This document shows positions 9,527 through 17,726 of a stretch of DNA of 30,394 nt, in pieces. The stretch is taken from contig DASWQK010000590.1 of assembly GCA_036403735.1 (NCBI GenBank), positions 1-30,394 of the forward strand. The letters run 5' to 3'. This stretch comes from Pyrinomonadaceae bacterium. GTDB taxonomy: Bacteria > Acidobacteriota > Blastocatellia > Pyrinomonadales > Pyrinomonadaceae. Numbering within the stretch: the stretch's first letter is position 1; the number at the start of each line of letters is the position of its first letter. Under the pieces are notes generated by a model. It was not told where the DNA came from, made no database searches, and saw only the letters and a program-made list of their open reading frames with translations. Both the position numbers and the translations under genes were made by a program.

Positions 9527-9925
9527 CTACTCAATTGAAACCTTAAGCTTGTACGTGGCGTTGCCGCGCGTGCCGCCGACTACGATTACATATTCCGCAT
9601 CGGCCGGAAGTTCGCCCGACCAATCGGTTGCGTCGTCGCCATCGCCGGCTCCCGGCAGCGCGTCCTCTTCACCGGGACGGTAGACCTGAAACACCGCGTT
9701 ACTTTCTTCTGACGATATCTTTACGGCCATCGTTTGGCCCTTCCTGGCGCCCACGTAATAGCGATCGCGATCACCACGGACCACAGTACCGGAGACCGTG
9801 GCCGACGATGCGCCTTTGGCAAATCGAATCTTCTGCTTCACGCCATCGGCCAGAATCGAGCCAAGCGCGAGAGTACCCACAAAGAAAACGGAGACGATTC
9901 GTGAAATTCGGCGAGTGCGAAACAT
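9527..9925 (-). CDS. Secreted beta-sandwich protein (PPC-like / PliG-like)
   Basis: SD AAGGAGG before ATG 9925; signal peptide; IRFAKGASSATVSG...DRYYVGARKGQTMAVKIS...WSGELPADAEYVIVV. Confidence 0.75.
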   Translation of the reverse strand: MFRTRRISRIVSVFFVGTLALGSILADGVKQKIRFAKGASSATVSGTVVRGDRDRYYVGARKGQTMAVKISSEESNAVFQVYRPGEEDALPGAGDGDDATDWSGELPADAEYVIVVGGTRGNATYKLKVSIE

Positions 9926-9954
9926 TACTCCTCCTTGTTTAGAGCGGGTCGTTA

Positions 9955-10290
9955 TCATTGAAATCTATAAGGCGGAAGTTCTCGAATGCTGCCGGGCAAG
10001 AACATTATGATGCCCATCTCGTATTTAAGCCGGTGGACGCAATTCGGTTGGACCACCACGTTGGTCTGGGCCATGCCGCAGGTGCTCAGGAACAAGTAAT
10101 GAAAATAGACTTTCACGTTGTGCATTCCGGGCGCGAGCTGAAATGAATGCGTGCCCCAGGGCCGCAGCGTTACTTCATTGTCAATCACAATCCGCGGCGT
10201 GCACGCGTAGAGAAAGAATGAGAGCGGGAAGAAACTGGTTTCGACTTGAATACCGGACCAGGGTTGTTGTTGAGCGGACATGGTTTGCAT
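9955..10290 (-). CDS. Hypothetical protein (111 aa)
   Basis: SD GAGGA, position directly after gcvPB, and a plausible beta-rich sequence. Confidence 0.65.
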   Translation of the reverse strand: MQTMSAQQQPWSGIQVETSFFPLSFFLYACTPRIVIDNEVTLRPWGTHSFQLAPGMHNVKVYFHYLFLSTCGMAQTNVVVQPNCVHRLKYEMGIIMFLPGSIRELPPYRFQ

Positions 10291-10321
10291 TTCCTCTCGT
10301 GGTTCAGTTAGAGGAATTCGG

Positions 10322-11899
10322 TTAACCGCCTGCTACCGCCAGTGGTTCTGTATTCTCTTTCGGTCTCCAGCGCAGCACCGGCTTTCTTGCTGCCGCGGCT
10401 TCATCCAAACGTCCAATTCGCGTGGTGTGCGGTGCATTCAGCACCAGCTCCGGATCTTCGACAGCTTCGCGTGCGATCGAAAGCATGGCTTCGATGAATT
10501 GATCGAGTTCCTGGCGTCCGACTGATTCCGTCGGTTCAATCAACATCGCGCCGGAAACGATCAGCGGAAAATAGATCGTCGGCGGATGAAAGCCGTAGTC
10601 GATGAGCCGCTTGGCGATGTCGAGGGTATGCACGCCTTTGCGCGCCTGTCGTTTGTCGGTGAAGACGACTTCATGCATCGGCGGCGAGTCGAAAGGCTTT
10701 TCGTAATCTGAAACCAAACCATGCGCAATGTAGCGCGCGTTCAGCACGGCCGCCTCAGTCGCTTCGCGTAAACCGTCATATCCGTGCGTGAGAATATAAG
10801 CCAGCGCGCGCAGCATCATTCCGTAGTTGCCGACAAATGCTTTTACGCGTCCGATCGATTCTGGTTGGTCGTAATCCAATCTGTAATTTGGAATCTCAGA
10901 TCTGGAATCCGCTGAGGTATCGCCGTTGTTCACTCGAACAATGCGTGGCACCGGTAAAAACGGCTCCAGTTCTTTCGTGCAGCAGCATGGACCAGAGCCT
11001 GGACCACCACCACCGTGCGGCGTCGAAAAAGTCTTGTGCAGGTTCAGATGAATCACGTCGACGCCCATGTCGCCGGGTCGCGCGACGCCAACCAGCGCGT
11101 TCATGTTCGCACCGTCCATGTAGACCAAACCGCCGGCGTCGTGAACGATGCGGCAAATCTCCTGAATGTTCTTTTCAAACAGGCCGAGCGTGTTGGGGTT
11201 AGTCAACATCAAGCCGGCGACGTCGCCGTGCGCGCACAGCTCGCGCAAGTGATCGAGATCAGTAAGGCCTTCAGCCGTCGATCGAATTGTCTTGACGGTG
11301 AATCCGGACAAATGCGCCGAGGCGGGGTTCGTCCCGTGCGCTGAATCAGGAATCAGCATCGTGCGCCGCTTCGCTGAGGCTTCCTTGCCATCTCGCGCAT
11401 CGATAAAAGCGCGAATGATCATGATGCCCGTCATCTCGCCGTGCGCGCCGGCCGCGGGCTGCAGAGAGATGCCGGGCAAGCCGGTGATCTCGGCGAGGTA
11501 TTGCTGCAACTCGTAAATCACTTGCAAGGCGCCTTGCGATTCTGCTTCCGATGCCAGCGGATGAAGGTTCGCGAAGTTACCGATGCGTGCTACTTTTTCG
11601 TTCAGCCGCGAGTTGTATTTCATCGTGCACGAACCCAGCGGATACAGTCCCAGATCGATCGAAAAATTCCAGGTCGAAATGCGCGTGAAATGACGCACCA
11701 CATCGACTTCGGTGACCTCCGGCATGCCGGCGAGATCGTCGTCGCGTTGAAAGTCGCGCGGGATCATTTCATCGATCGATGTTTCGTCCACATCGAGTGG
11801 CGGCAGACTGAAGCCGGCACGGCCCGGCTGCGAGCGCTCGAAGATCAACTGCTCGTTTTGGCTGGGGTGACTAGTTACCTTGGTTATGTTTGAATCCAT
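10322..11899 (-). CDS. gcvPB: Glycine dehydrogenase (decarboxylating) subunit 2
   Basis: YPLGSCTMKYN, LQPAAGAHGE, IPDSAHGTNPASA and the PLP-lysine motif HLNLHKTFSTPHGGGGPG. Confidence 0.97.
   Translation of the reverse strand: MDSNITKVTSHPSQNEQLIFERSQPGRAGFSLPPLDVDETSIDEMIPRDFQRDDDLAGMPEVTEVDVVRHFTRISTWNFSIDLGLYPLGSCTMKYNSRLNEKVARIGNFANLHPLASEAESQGALQVIYELQQYLAEITGLPGISLQPAAGAHGEMTGIMIIRAFIDARDGKEASAKRRTMLIPDSAHGTNPASAHLSGFTVKTIRSTAEGLTDLDHLRELCAHGDVAGLMLTNPNTLGLFEKNIQEICRIVHDAGGLVYMDGANMNALVGVARPGDMGVDVIHLNLHKTFSTPHGGGGPGSGPCCCTKELEPFLPVPRIVRVNNGDTSADSRSEIPNYRLDYDQPESIGRVKAFVGNYGMMLRALAYILTHGYDGLREATEAAVLNARYIAHGLVSDYEKPFDSPPMHEVVFTDKRQARKGVHTLDIAKRLIDYGFHPPTIYFPLIVSGAMLIEPTESVGRQELDQFIEAMLSIAREAVEDPELVLNAPHTTRIGRLDEAAAARKPVLRWRPKENTEPLAVAGG
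10878..10912 (+). repeat. Five degenerate heptamers (consensus AATCTGG) inside gcvPB
   Basis: aatctgt aatttgg aatctca gatctgg aatccgc. Confidence 0.55.
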
Positions 11900-11913
11900 T
11901 ATTATTTCGGATT

Positions 11914-12107
11914 GTTTAGAGGCGGGCTACTGCCCGCCATTCGCTAACCAAACTCTCTCTCACCGTTTAGAGGCGGGCTACTGCCCGCCATGCGTAAAAA
12001 TTTCTTTCTCTGTTTAGACAGCGGACTTGTCCGCCGCGCATTTGTTTCAGCCGCACAAGTGCGGCTTCTAAACGATTAAATGGGCGGGCAGTAGCCCGCC
12101 TCTAAAC
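11914..12107. repeat. REP-like cluster of five GTTTAGA-headed hairpins (3 forward, 2 reverse) between gcvPA and gcvPB
   Basis: Copies at 11914-11940 and 11965-11991 (identical 27-mers), 12012-12034, 12049-12073 (reverse) and 12080-12107 (reverse). Confidence 0.85.
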
Positions 12108-12110
12108 GCT

Positions 12111-13457
12111 TCATGATGAAGATCGCAGTCCGGCGATCAGCGCCTCAATCTCTTCGCGGGTGTTGGTTTCCGTCACGCAAACAAGAAAATCATTCGGCCG
12201 CTTTGAATCAAAGCGCGACAATGCTATGCCGCCATCGATGCCTTTCTCTTTTGCCAGCTGGTCGAGCATTGGTGATGCCGGATATGGTGCGCGCACGACG
12301 AACTCGTTGAAAAATGGCGCAGAGAAGAGAAGCGAAAAGCCGGCGAGTTTCTCGATCTCTCGGGCGGCGTAATGCGCCTTCTGCACGCATTGATGCGCAA
12401 CTTCCTGAATGCCACGGCGGCCCATCGTCTCGAGATAGATCGTCGCCGCCAGCGCAATCAGTCCTTCGTTCGTGCAGATATTCGAGGTCGCTTTCTCGCG
12501 GCGGATGTGTTGTTCGCGCGTAGCTAATGTCAATACAAAACCCCGTCGTCCCTGTTTATCGTACGCTTCGCCGACCAGGCGTCCGGGAATCTGCCGCGCA
12601 TATTTGTCACGAGTGGCGAACAGGCCGACGTATGGACCACCATAGGACAGCGGCACGCCGAAGGATTGACCTTCCGCGACGACAATGTCCGCGCCGCAAG
12701 CGCCCGGCGAACGCAGCAACCCCAATGACATGGCTTCCGTTACGACCACGACCAACAATGCACCGGCGTTGTGCGCCTTTTCGGCAAGCGCTGAAACATC
12801 TTCAATACAACCGAAGAAGTTTGGCGACTGCACGACGACTGCGGCTGTATTTTCATCGAGCGCTGACAGACTCTCAGGCAAAGTCGTGCCTAACTCTGTG
12901 CAATAAAGAGCATGCCGCAAATCGATGCCCGCGTGCTGCACGTAAGTATGCGCGACCTCAAGGTATTGCGGATGGATCGCGGACGAAACAATTACTTTCG
13001 ATCTCCTGGTGACGCGCTCGGCCATCAAGACAGCTTCGGCCATCGCCGTCGAGCCGTCATACATCGATGCGTTGGCGATGTCCATGCCCGTCAACTGACA
13101 GACGAGCGTTTGAAACTCAAATATGGCTTGCAGAGTCCCCTGAGAAATTTCCGGTTGGTAAGGCGTGTAGGCCGTGAAAAATTCTGAACGCGAAATCAAG
13201 TGGTCCACAATCGTCGGCGTGTAATGTGAATAAGCGCCGCCGCCCAGGAAACTAATACGCTGGGCGGCCTGATTGCGCGTGCCGATGTCTTCGAATCGCT
13301 TCAGCAATTCGAGTTCAGACATGGCTCCGGGAACCTTAAGATGTTCGCGTAGACGGAGATTCCGAGGGATAGATTCGAAGAGTTTTTCAGTTGACGCGAC
13401 GCCGATTTGTTCGAGCATGTCGGCGCGTTCGTCCGGCGAGTTAGGAATGTAACGCAA
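12111..13457 (-). CDS. gcvPA: Glycine dehydrogenase (decarboxylating) subunit 1
   Basis: MRYIPNS, SFLGGGAYSH, TAYTPYQPEISQGTLQAIFEFQT and REQHIRREKATSNICTN. Confidence 0.97.
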   Translation of the reverse strand: MRYIPNSPDERADMLEQIGVASTEKLFESIPRNLRLREHLKVPGAMSELELLKRFEDIGTRNQAAQRISFLGGGAYSHYTPTIVDHLISRSEFFTAYTPYQPEISQGTLQAIFEFQTLVCQLTGMDIANASMYDGSTAMAEAVLMAERVTRRSKVIVSSAIHPQYLEVAHTYVQHAGIDLRHALYCTELGTTLPESLSALDENTAAVVVQSPNFFGCIEDVSALAEKAHNAGALLVVVVTEAMSLGLLRSPGACGADIVVAEGQSFGVPLSYGGPYVGLFATRDKYARQIPGRLVGEAYDKQGRRGFVLTLATREQHIRREKATSNICTNEGLIALAATIYLETMGRRGIQEVAHQCVQKAHYAAREIEKLAGFSLLFSAPFFNEFVVRAPYPASPMLDQLAKEKGIDGGIALSRFDSKRPNDFLVCVTETNTREEIEALIAGLRSSS

Positions 13458-13459
13458 CG

Positions 13460-13852
13460 CTATTCGCTCTCAGCTTTCGTGAAATCTTCGTACTCGGCGG
13501 CGGTCAGCAGACTGTCAACTTCGCCCGATTTGCTCATCTTCATTTTGATCATCCAGCCTTCGCCGTAAGGATCTTTGTTGACCTTTTCCGGTTCATCCGC
13601 CAGTGACTGATTTACCTCAGCCACCTTTCCCGAAATCGGCGTGAAGATTTCCGAAACGGCCTTGACGGACTCGACTGAGCCGAACGAATCATGGGCCCCG
13701 AATTCTTCACCGGCCTTGGGCAGTTCGACATAGACAACGTCGCCAAGCTGCTCCTGTGCGTGGTCCGTGATGCCGATGACGGCGGTGTCGCCATCGACGC
13801 GGACCCATTCGTGGTCTTTGCTGTAGTGAAGATTGTCAGGAACGTTTGCCAT
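13460..13852 (-). CDS. gcvH: Glycine cleavage system H protein
   Basis: YSKDHEWV, GITDHAQEQLGDVVYVELP and the lipoyl-lysine motif VESVKAVSE. Confidence 0.98.
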   Translation of the reverse strand: MANVPDNLHYSKDHEWVRVDGDTAVIGITDHAQEQLGDVVYVELPKAGEEFGAHDSFGSVESVKAVSEIFTPISGKVAEVNQSLADEPEKVNKDPYGEGWMIKMKMSKSGEVDSLLTAAEYEDFTKAESE

Positions 13853-13867
13853 TGATGCTCCTCGAGG

Positions 13868-13952
13868 CAGTTTTCAGTTTTGAGTTCTAAGTTTTGAGTT
13901 CTGCCTTGCGCGCAGAGATATTAATAATTCGAGACTGAAAACTCAAAACTCA
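13868..13952. repeat. Heptamer (nAGTTyT) tandem repeats in inverted arrangement in the gcvT-gcvH spacer
   Basis: Plus strand 13868-13902: cagtttt cagtttt gagttct aagtttt gagttct. Minus strand 13951-13931: gagtttt gagtttt cagtctc. Confidence 0.7.
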
Positions 13953-15071
13953 TTTGGCCCGCTTGTAAAACGGGAGTGGCACGATCTCTGCTCCCAACAG
14001 CTTTCCGCGCACGTCGATCTCAACTCGTTGACCGGCTTTTGCAAATTCCACAGGCACGTAGGCCATGCCAATGTTTTTCTTGAGAAACGGCGCGGGACTT
14101 CCGGAAGTAACGTTGCCATTGCACTGGCCGTTGATAAAAACGTTCTGGCCATCGCGAGCGATTCCGCGATCAGTAACTTCGAATCCCACGAGCTTACGTC
14201 TGATGCCTGCTTCTTTCTGTTTTGCCAGCGCCTCGCGCCCGATGAAATCAGTTTTATTCAGTTTCGCGATCCAGCCGAGATTAGCTTCGAGCAAGGTCGT
14301 CGTCTCGTCGATCTCATGACCATACAAGCACATCCCCGCTTCAAGCCGCAGAGTGTTGCGCGCCGCCAGGCCGCAAGGCAGGACCCCGTCATCGCCGCCA
14401 AAGTTTCCCGCGTCGAGAATTTTTTTCCAGAGTTGCTCAGCTTTATCCGGCGCGGCGTAAACTTCGAAGCCGTCTTCGCCCGTGTAACCGGTTCGGGAAA
14501 CGATCGAGGGAACGCCGTCAACGTCGCCCTCCTGGAAATGATAGTACTTAATTTCTGCCAGCGGCACGTCGGTCAATTTCTGTAGGATCGAGATCGCGTC
14601 CGGACCTTGCAAGGCAATCTGGCAATAATCGGCGCTGACGTTTTGCAACTCGACGTTCTCGTTTTGATAATGCGATTTGATCCAGTCCCAGTCCTTGTCC
14701 GTCGTGCCGGCGTTCACAATCAGCAACAGATGATCTGAGGCCATGCGATAGACCAGCAAATCGTCGATCACTGTGCCTTCAGGTGTCGTCAGGGCCGAGT
14801 ATTGCGCCTGGCCATCGATCAGTTTCGTCGTGTCGTTTGATGTAACACGGTTTACGAATGGAATTGCGTCCGCGCCACGCACATCGATCTCGCCCATGTG
14901 CGAAACGTCGAACAGTCCTGCGTGGGTGCGCGTTCCCAGGTGTTCGGTCATCGTGCCGGCGGGATACTGGACCGGCATGTCCCAGCCGCCGAACTCGACC
15001 ATGCGGCCGCCCATCGCGCGATGGACATCGTTGAGTGCTGTCTTTCTCAGTTCGAGCGCAGGTGCAGTCAC
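13950..15071 (-). CDS. gcvT: Glycine cleavage system aminomethyltransferase T
   Basis: FGGWDMPVQY, GLFDVSHMGE, SRTGYTGEDGFE and ARNTLRLEAG. Start set at GTG 15071 because GAGG lies 6 nt upstream. Confidence 0.97.
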   Translation of the reverse strand: MTAPALELRKTALNDVHRAMGGRMVEFGGWDMPVQYPAGTMTEHLGTRTHAGLFDVSHMGEIDVRGADAIPFVNRVTSNDTTKLIDGQAQYSALTTPEGTVIDDLLVYRMASDHLLLIVNAGTTDKDWDWIKSHYQNENVELQNVSADYCQIALQGPDAISILQKLTDVPLAEIKYYHFQEGDVDGVPSIVSRTGYTGEDGFEVYAAPDKAEQLWKKILDAGNFGGDDGVLPCGLAARNTLRLEAGMCLYGHEIDETTTLLEANLGWIAKLNKTDFIGREALAKQKEAGIRRKLVGFEVTDRGIARDGQNVFINGQCNGNVTSGSPAPFLKKNIGMAYVPVEFAKAGQRVEIDVRGKLLGAEIVPLPFYKRAK

Positions 15072-15132
15072 GCGAATCCTCAAGCCTTAATCAAAAGCCG
15101 ACTAACAATCGATGTAAATTGCGGTAAATCGA

Positions 15133-15161
15133 AAACTAACATGCGTCCCCGAGTGCGTCAA
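15133..15161 (-). promoter_or_regulatory. Candidate sigma70 promoter for the gcv operon
   Basis: TTGACG-17 nt-TAGTTT. Confidence 0.55.
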
Positions 15162-15197
15162 GCGAGGGTCAGAGAGGGCCGTAGGATGAATCTGTGG

Positions 15198-16379
15198 CTA
15201 ATGCCCCAGCTGCTCGCCACAGCGACGCATGACGGGCTTTATCGTCATACCCTGAACGATAATTGAGAACGCAACGACGGCAAACGCGACGGTGACAATC
15301 GCGTCTCTGTTCATAAGGTTGGCCGGCAAACCCAGAGCCAGGCCGAGCGCCAGAGCGCCGCGGAGCCCAGCCCAAAACAGAATGTGTTGATGTCCTGGAC
15401 TAATTCGCAAAGACGATCGTGAAAAAATCAAAGAGAGTGGATATATGGACGCGGCCCTCGCCAGAATGGTGACAGCAACTCCGATCAGTGCCGGGAACAA
15501 TGCAAATCTATAATTCTGATTCGCCAGACGCATGCCGATTAGCAAAAAGATCAAAGAGTTCGCTACAAACGCTATGTATTCCCAGAACTCTTCAACCGCC
15601 CGGCGATTATCAGCCGAAATCGCCAGATGTCCCACATTGCCGAGAATCAGACCTGAGGTGAGCGTCGCCAGGACGCCGGAAAAATGAAAATGTTCAGCCA
15701 CTAAGAACGACCCGAATGCCGCCACCGTGGTGAAAGTAATCTCGATCAGATGATCGTCAGTAGCGCCGGCCAGCAGCAAAACAACTCCGGCGGCAACTGC
15801 CCCGCACAAAACTGAACCGACGACGATAAAGAACAAGGCCTTCGTTACCGTAAAAGCGTTGACGCTCTCTCGCGAAGCAATCGCTAATACGATGACGAAC
15901 GCTATCGCCGCGGTCGCGTCATTAAAGAGGCTCTCTGCCTCAACCAAAAAGCGCGTTCGTCCGCGTACTTTGGCGTCCTTGAACATCGCGATGACCGCGA
16001 CCGGATCGGTTGCGGCGATGAGCGTCCCGAAAATCAGCGCGGCCGTCCAACGCCAATGCAGGATGTAGTGCATACCGACGGTGGTTAGGGCCGCGGACAA
16101 CAACACACCGCCGGTGGCAAATGTCAGGACCACGGGAAGTTCTTTTCGCAGATCGCGCCAGCGAATTTGAATCGCCGCTTCAAAAATCAAGGGTGGCAAG
16201 AAGGCGGTGAAGACTAGTTCCTTCGTAAGTTCGAGATTGGGGGAAAATGGCAGAAACGCCAACGCGATTCCGGCAAATAGCAACCCGATGCTGTAGGGCA
16301 CGCGCAGCCTCCGCGCCACCATCGCCACCACCGCCGCGATCAATAAGAGGATTCCTACTGTTTCAATGCGCGGATTCAT
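15198..16379 (-). CDS. CPA1-family Na+/H+ antiporter (NhaP-like)
   Basis: FLPPLIFEAA, ATDPVAV, EAESLFND and GLRGALALGLAL; about 12 TM helices. Confidence 0.92.
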   Translation of the reverse strand: MNPRIETVGILLLIAAVVAMVARRLRVPYSIGLLFAGIALAFLPFSPNLELTKELVFTAFLPPLIFEAAIQIRWRDLRKELPVVLTFATGGVLLSAALTTVGMHYILHWRWTAALIFGTLIAATDPVAVIAMFKDAKVRGRTRFLVEAESLFNDATAAIAFVIVLAIASRESVNAFTVTKALFFIVVGSVLCGAVAAGVVLLLAGATDDHLIEITFTTVAAFGSFLVAEHFHFSGVLATLTSGLILGNVGHLAISADNRRAVEEFWEYIAFVANSLIFLLIGMRLANQNYRFALFPALIGVAVTILARAASIYPLSLIFSRSSLRISPGHQHILFWAGLRGALALGLALGLPANLMNRDAIVTVAFAVVAFSIIVQGMTIKPVMRRCGEQLGH

Positions 16380-16399
16380 CGATTGCGCCTGGGTTTATT

Positions 16400-16951
16400 T
16401 CATAAGGGGTCTGCCTTGGGATACGAGCCCGCCGGCACGAACCTGATCAGACGAAGACGATCGTTGGTCCATTCATAGTAATAGATGCCGCTCGGACCAT
16501 ATCGCTCGCCCCTCATTCTTCCAATGTTCGGGCGGCCTAAGATGCGCAGCAGGCGGCTATCGGCGCGCGTCCGCTCTTCATAAAGATCCTCTTTATCGAA
16601 ACCGCCGATGACGTCGGTCCATGCCGACAGTGCATTTGGAAAATAGGCTTTGCCGGTGCGCGCGTCGACAATCGCATTGATCGAACAACTCGCGCCGCAG
16701 CCTATCGACGTGAAAGTGTAATGGCCGGCGAAGTTTATTCCTTCTTTAGGCAGAGCTTCGCGAAGTCGCGTGCGATACGTGCGTGCCAGCGCGTGACTCC
16801 GCAGGTCGAGCAGGGTTGCTTTACCTGCCCATACTTCGGCCGGGTAATCCTGAAAGCGCGGTGGTTGGTTTTTCTGTGGGCTTGAAAAGGACTGACCCGA
16901 TGGACTGAGCGCCAGCAGGAAGGCTGTCAGACCGACGATGAGCCGCTTCAT
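16400..16951 (-). CDS. Secreted hypothetical protein (NFAGHY...GCGASC motif)
   Basis: Signal peptide MKRLIVGLTAFLLALSPSG; globular-looking body; 20-nt gap to the antiporter gene. Confidence 0.75.
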   Translation of the reverse strand: MKRLIVGLTAFLLALSPSGQSFSSPQKNQPPRFQDYPAEVWAGKATLLDLRSHALARTYRTRLREALPKEGINFAGHYTFTSIGCGASCSINAIVDARTGKAYFPNALSAWTDVIGGFDKEDLYEERTRADSRLLRILGRPNIGRMRGERYGPSGIYYYEWTNDRLRLIRFVPAGSYPKADPL

Positions 16952-16959
16952 GGTTCGCG

Positions 16960-16988
16960 ACTATACTCAGCTCGATCACGCAAGACAA
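16960..16988 (-). promoter_or_regulatory. Candidate sigma70 promoter giving a near-leaderless mRNA
   Basis: TTGTCT-17 nt-TATAGT, 8 nt before ATG 16951; no SD. Confidence 0.5.
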
Positions 16989-17010
16989 CAGGAAACTGAT
17001 CGTCCCGGTT

Positions 17011-17105
17011 GAGTCCGCGGAGCGGACGCCAGCATAGAGCCTGGGGCGTAAGTCTCAGGTAATGATCACAACGATAGTTCGAGAGCCCGCGAAGCGGGCG
17101 ATAGC
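17011..17105. repeat. Second REP-like palindromic element
   Basis: GTCCGC-GGA-GCGGAC (17013-17027), CCTGGGG-CGTAAG-TCTCAGG (17040-17059) and GCCCGC-GAA-GCGGGC (17085-17099). Confidence 0.55.
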
Positions 17106-17196
17106 GGGACAGAATCCCGAGCAAGTTCCCGTTGTGTGTCCGTCACTGCCGCCAGCGTCTAAGTTAGCTCCGGAATTGTTGCCCCGCCGTTTGCGA

Positions 17197-17489
17197 CGGA
17201 CGAGGTTTCGTCTCTCGCAAAAGAAGTTTCGTTCGTCGCGCACGAAGCTTCGCTCGTCACAGACGAAGTTTCGTTTGCTACAGTCGAGGATTAGTTTGCT
17301 CCATACGGGGCCTGGTCCGTGACAGACGAGGTCTCGTTTGCCTCATACGGGACCTCGTCCGTAACAGACGAGGGTTCTCCCTCGCAGACTAGGTTCCGTT
17401 TGTCGCAGACGAGACTCCGTTTGTCGCAGACTAGGTTCCGTTTGCCGTAGACCAGGTTCCGTTTGTCGCAAAGTAAGTTCCGTTTGACC
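17197..17489. repeat. Degenerate 21-bp tandem array, 14 units (unit 9 is 20 bp)
   Basis: Consensus approximately CAGACGAGGTTTCGTTTGTCG; units in register from 17197, with a 1-nt shift at 17365-17384. Confidence 0.85.
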
Positions 17490-17726
17490 AAGAGAAAACC
17501 CCTGCTACTCCTGCAAAACATAAGTTTTTCTGGGATTGTGCTGCCAACCTTCCAAATTGGGGCTCCTTTGGCTGATGCTCAGGCCGTCGACGTTCACCCT
17601 CGATTCGACATCACCAAAGACTGATAACTAAGACCCCGTAAAACTCTTGCAAATCAAAGCCCCGTTCGTGGCCGGGACTGTCTGATTCGCCGCTGCCGTT
17701 GGTTGTAAGCCAACAGAAATCAGGAA

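Noticed and set aside
9937-9950. GTTTAGAGCGGG as another REP copy
   Set aside because: No hairpin follows the head.
11914-12107. Repeat cluster as a mini-CRISPR
   Set aside because: Copies occur in both orientations with different hairpin bodies and irregular spacing.
171-15375. Numerous short ORFs overlapping the called genes (e.g. 3235-3762, 5004-5537, 7814-8530, 12527-13012, 14028-14585)
   Set aside because: They lie antisense or out of frame to well-supported genes in GC-rich DNA and have no recognisable motifs.
17197-17489. 21-bp array as a CRISPR array
   Set aside because: Units are contiguous with no unique spacers, and there are no cas genes in the window.
17062-17521. ORFs 17062-17322 (+), 17055-17243 (-) and 17291-17521 (-) as genes
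   Set aside because: They are by-products of the repeat array: no SD, and the repeat frame shifts midway.
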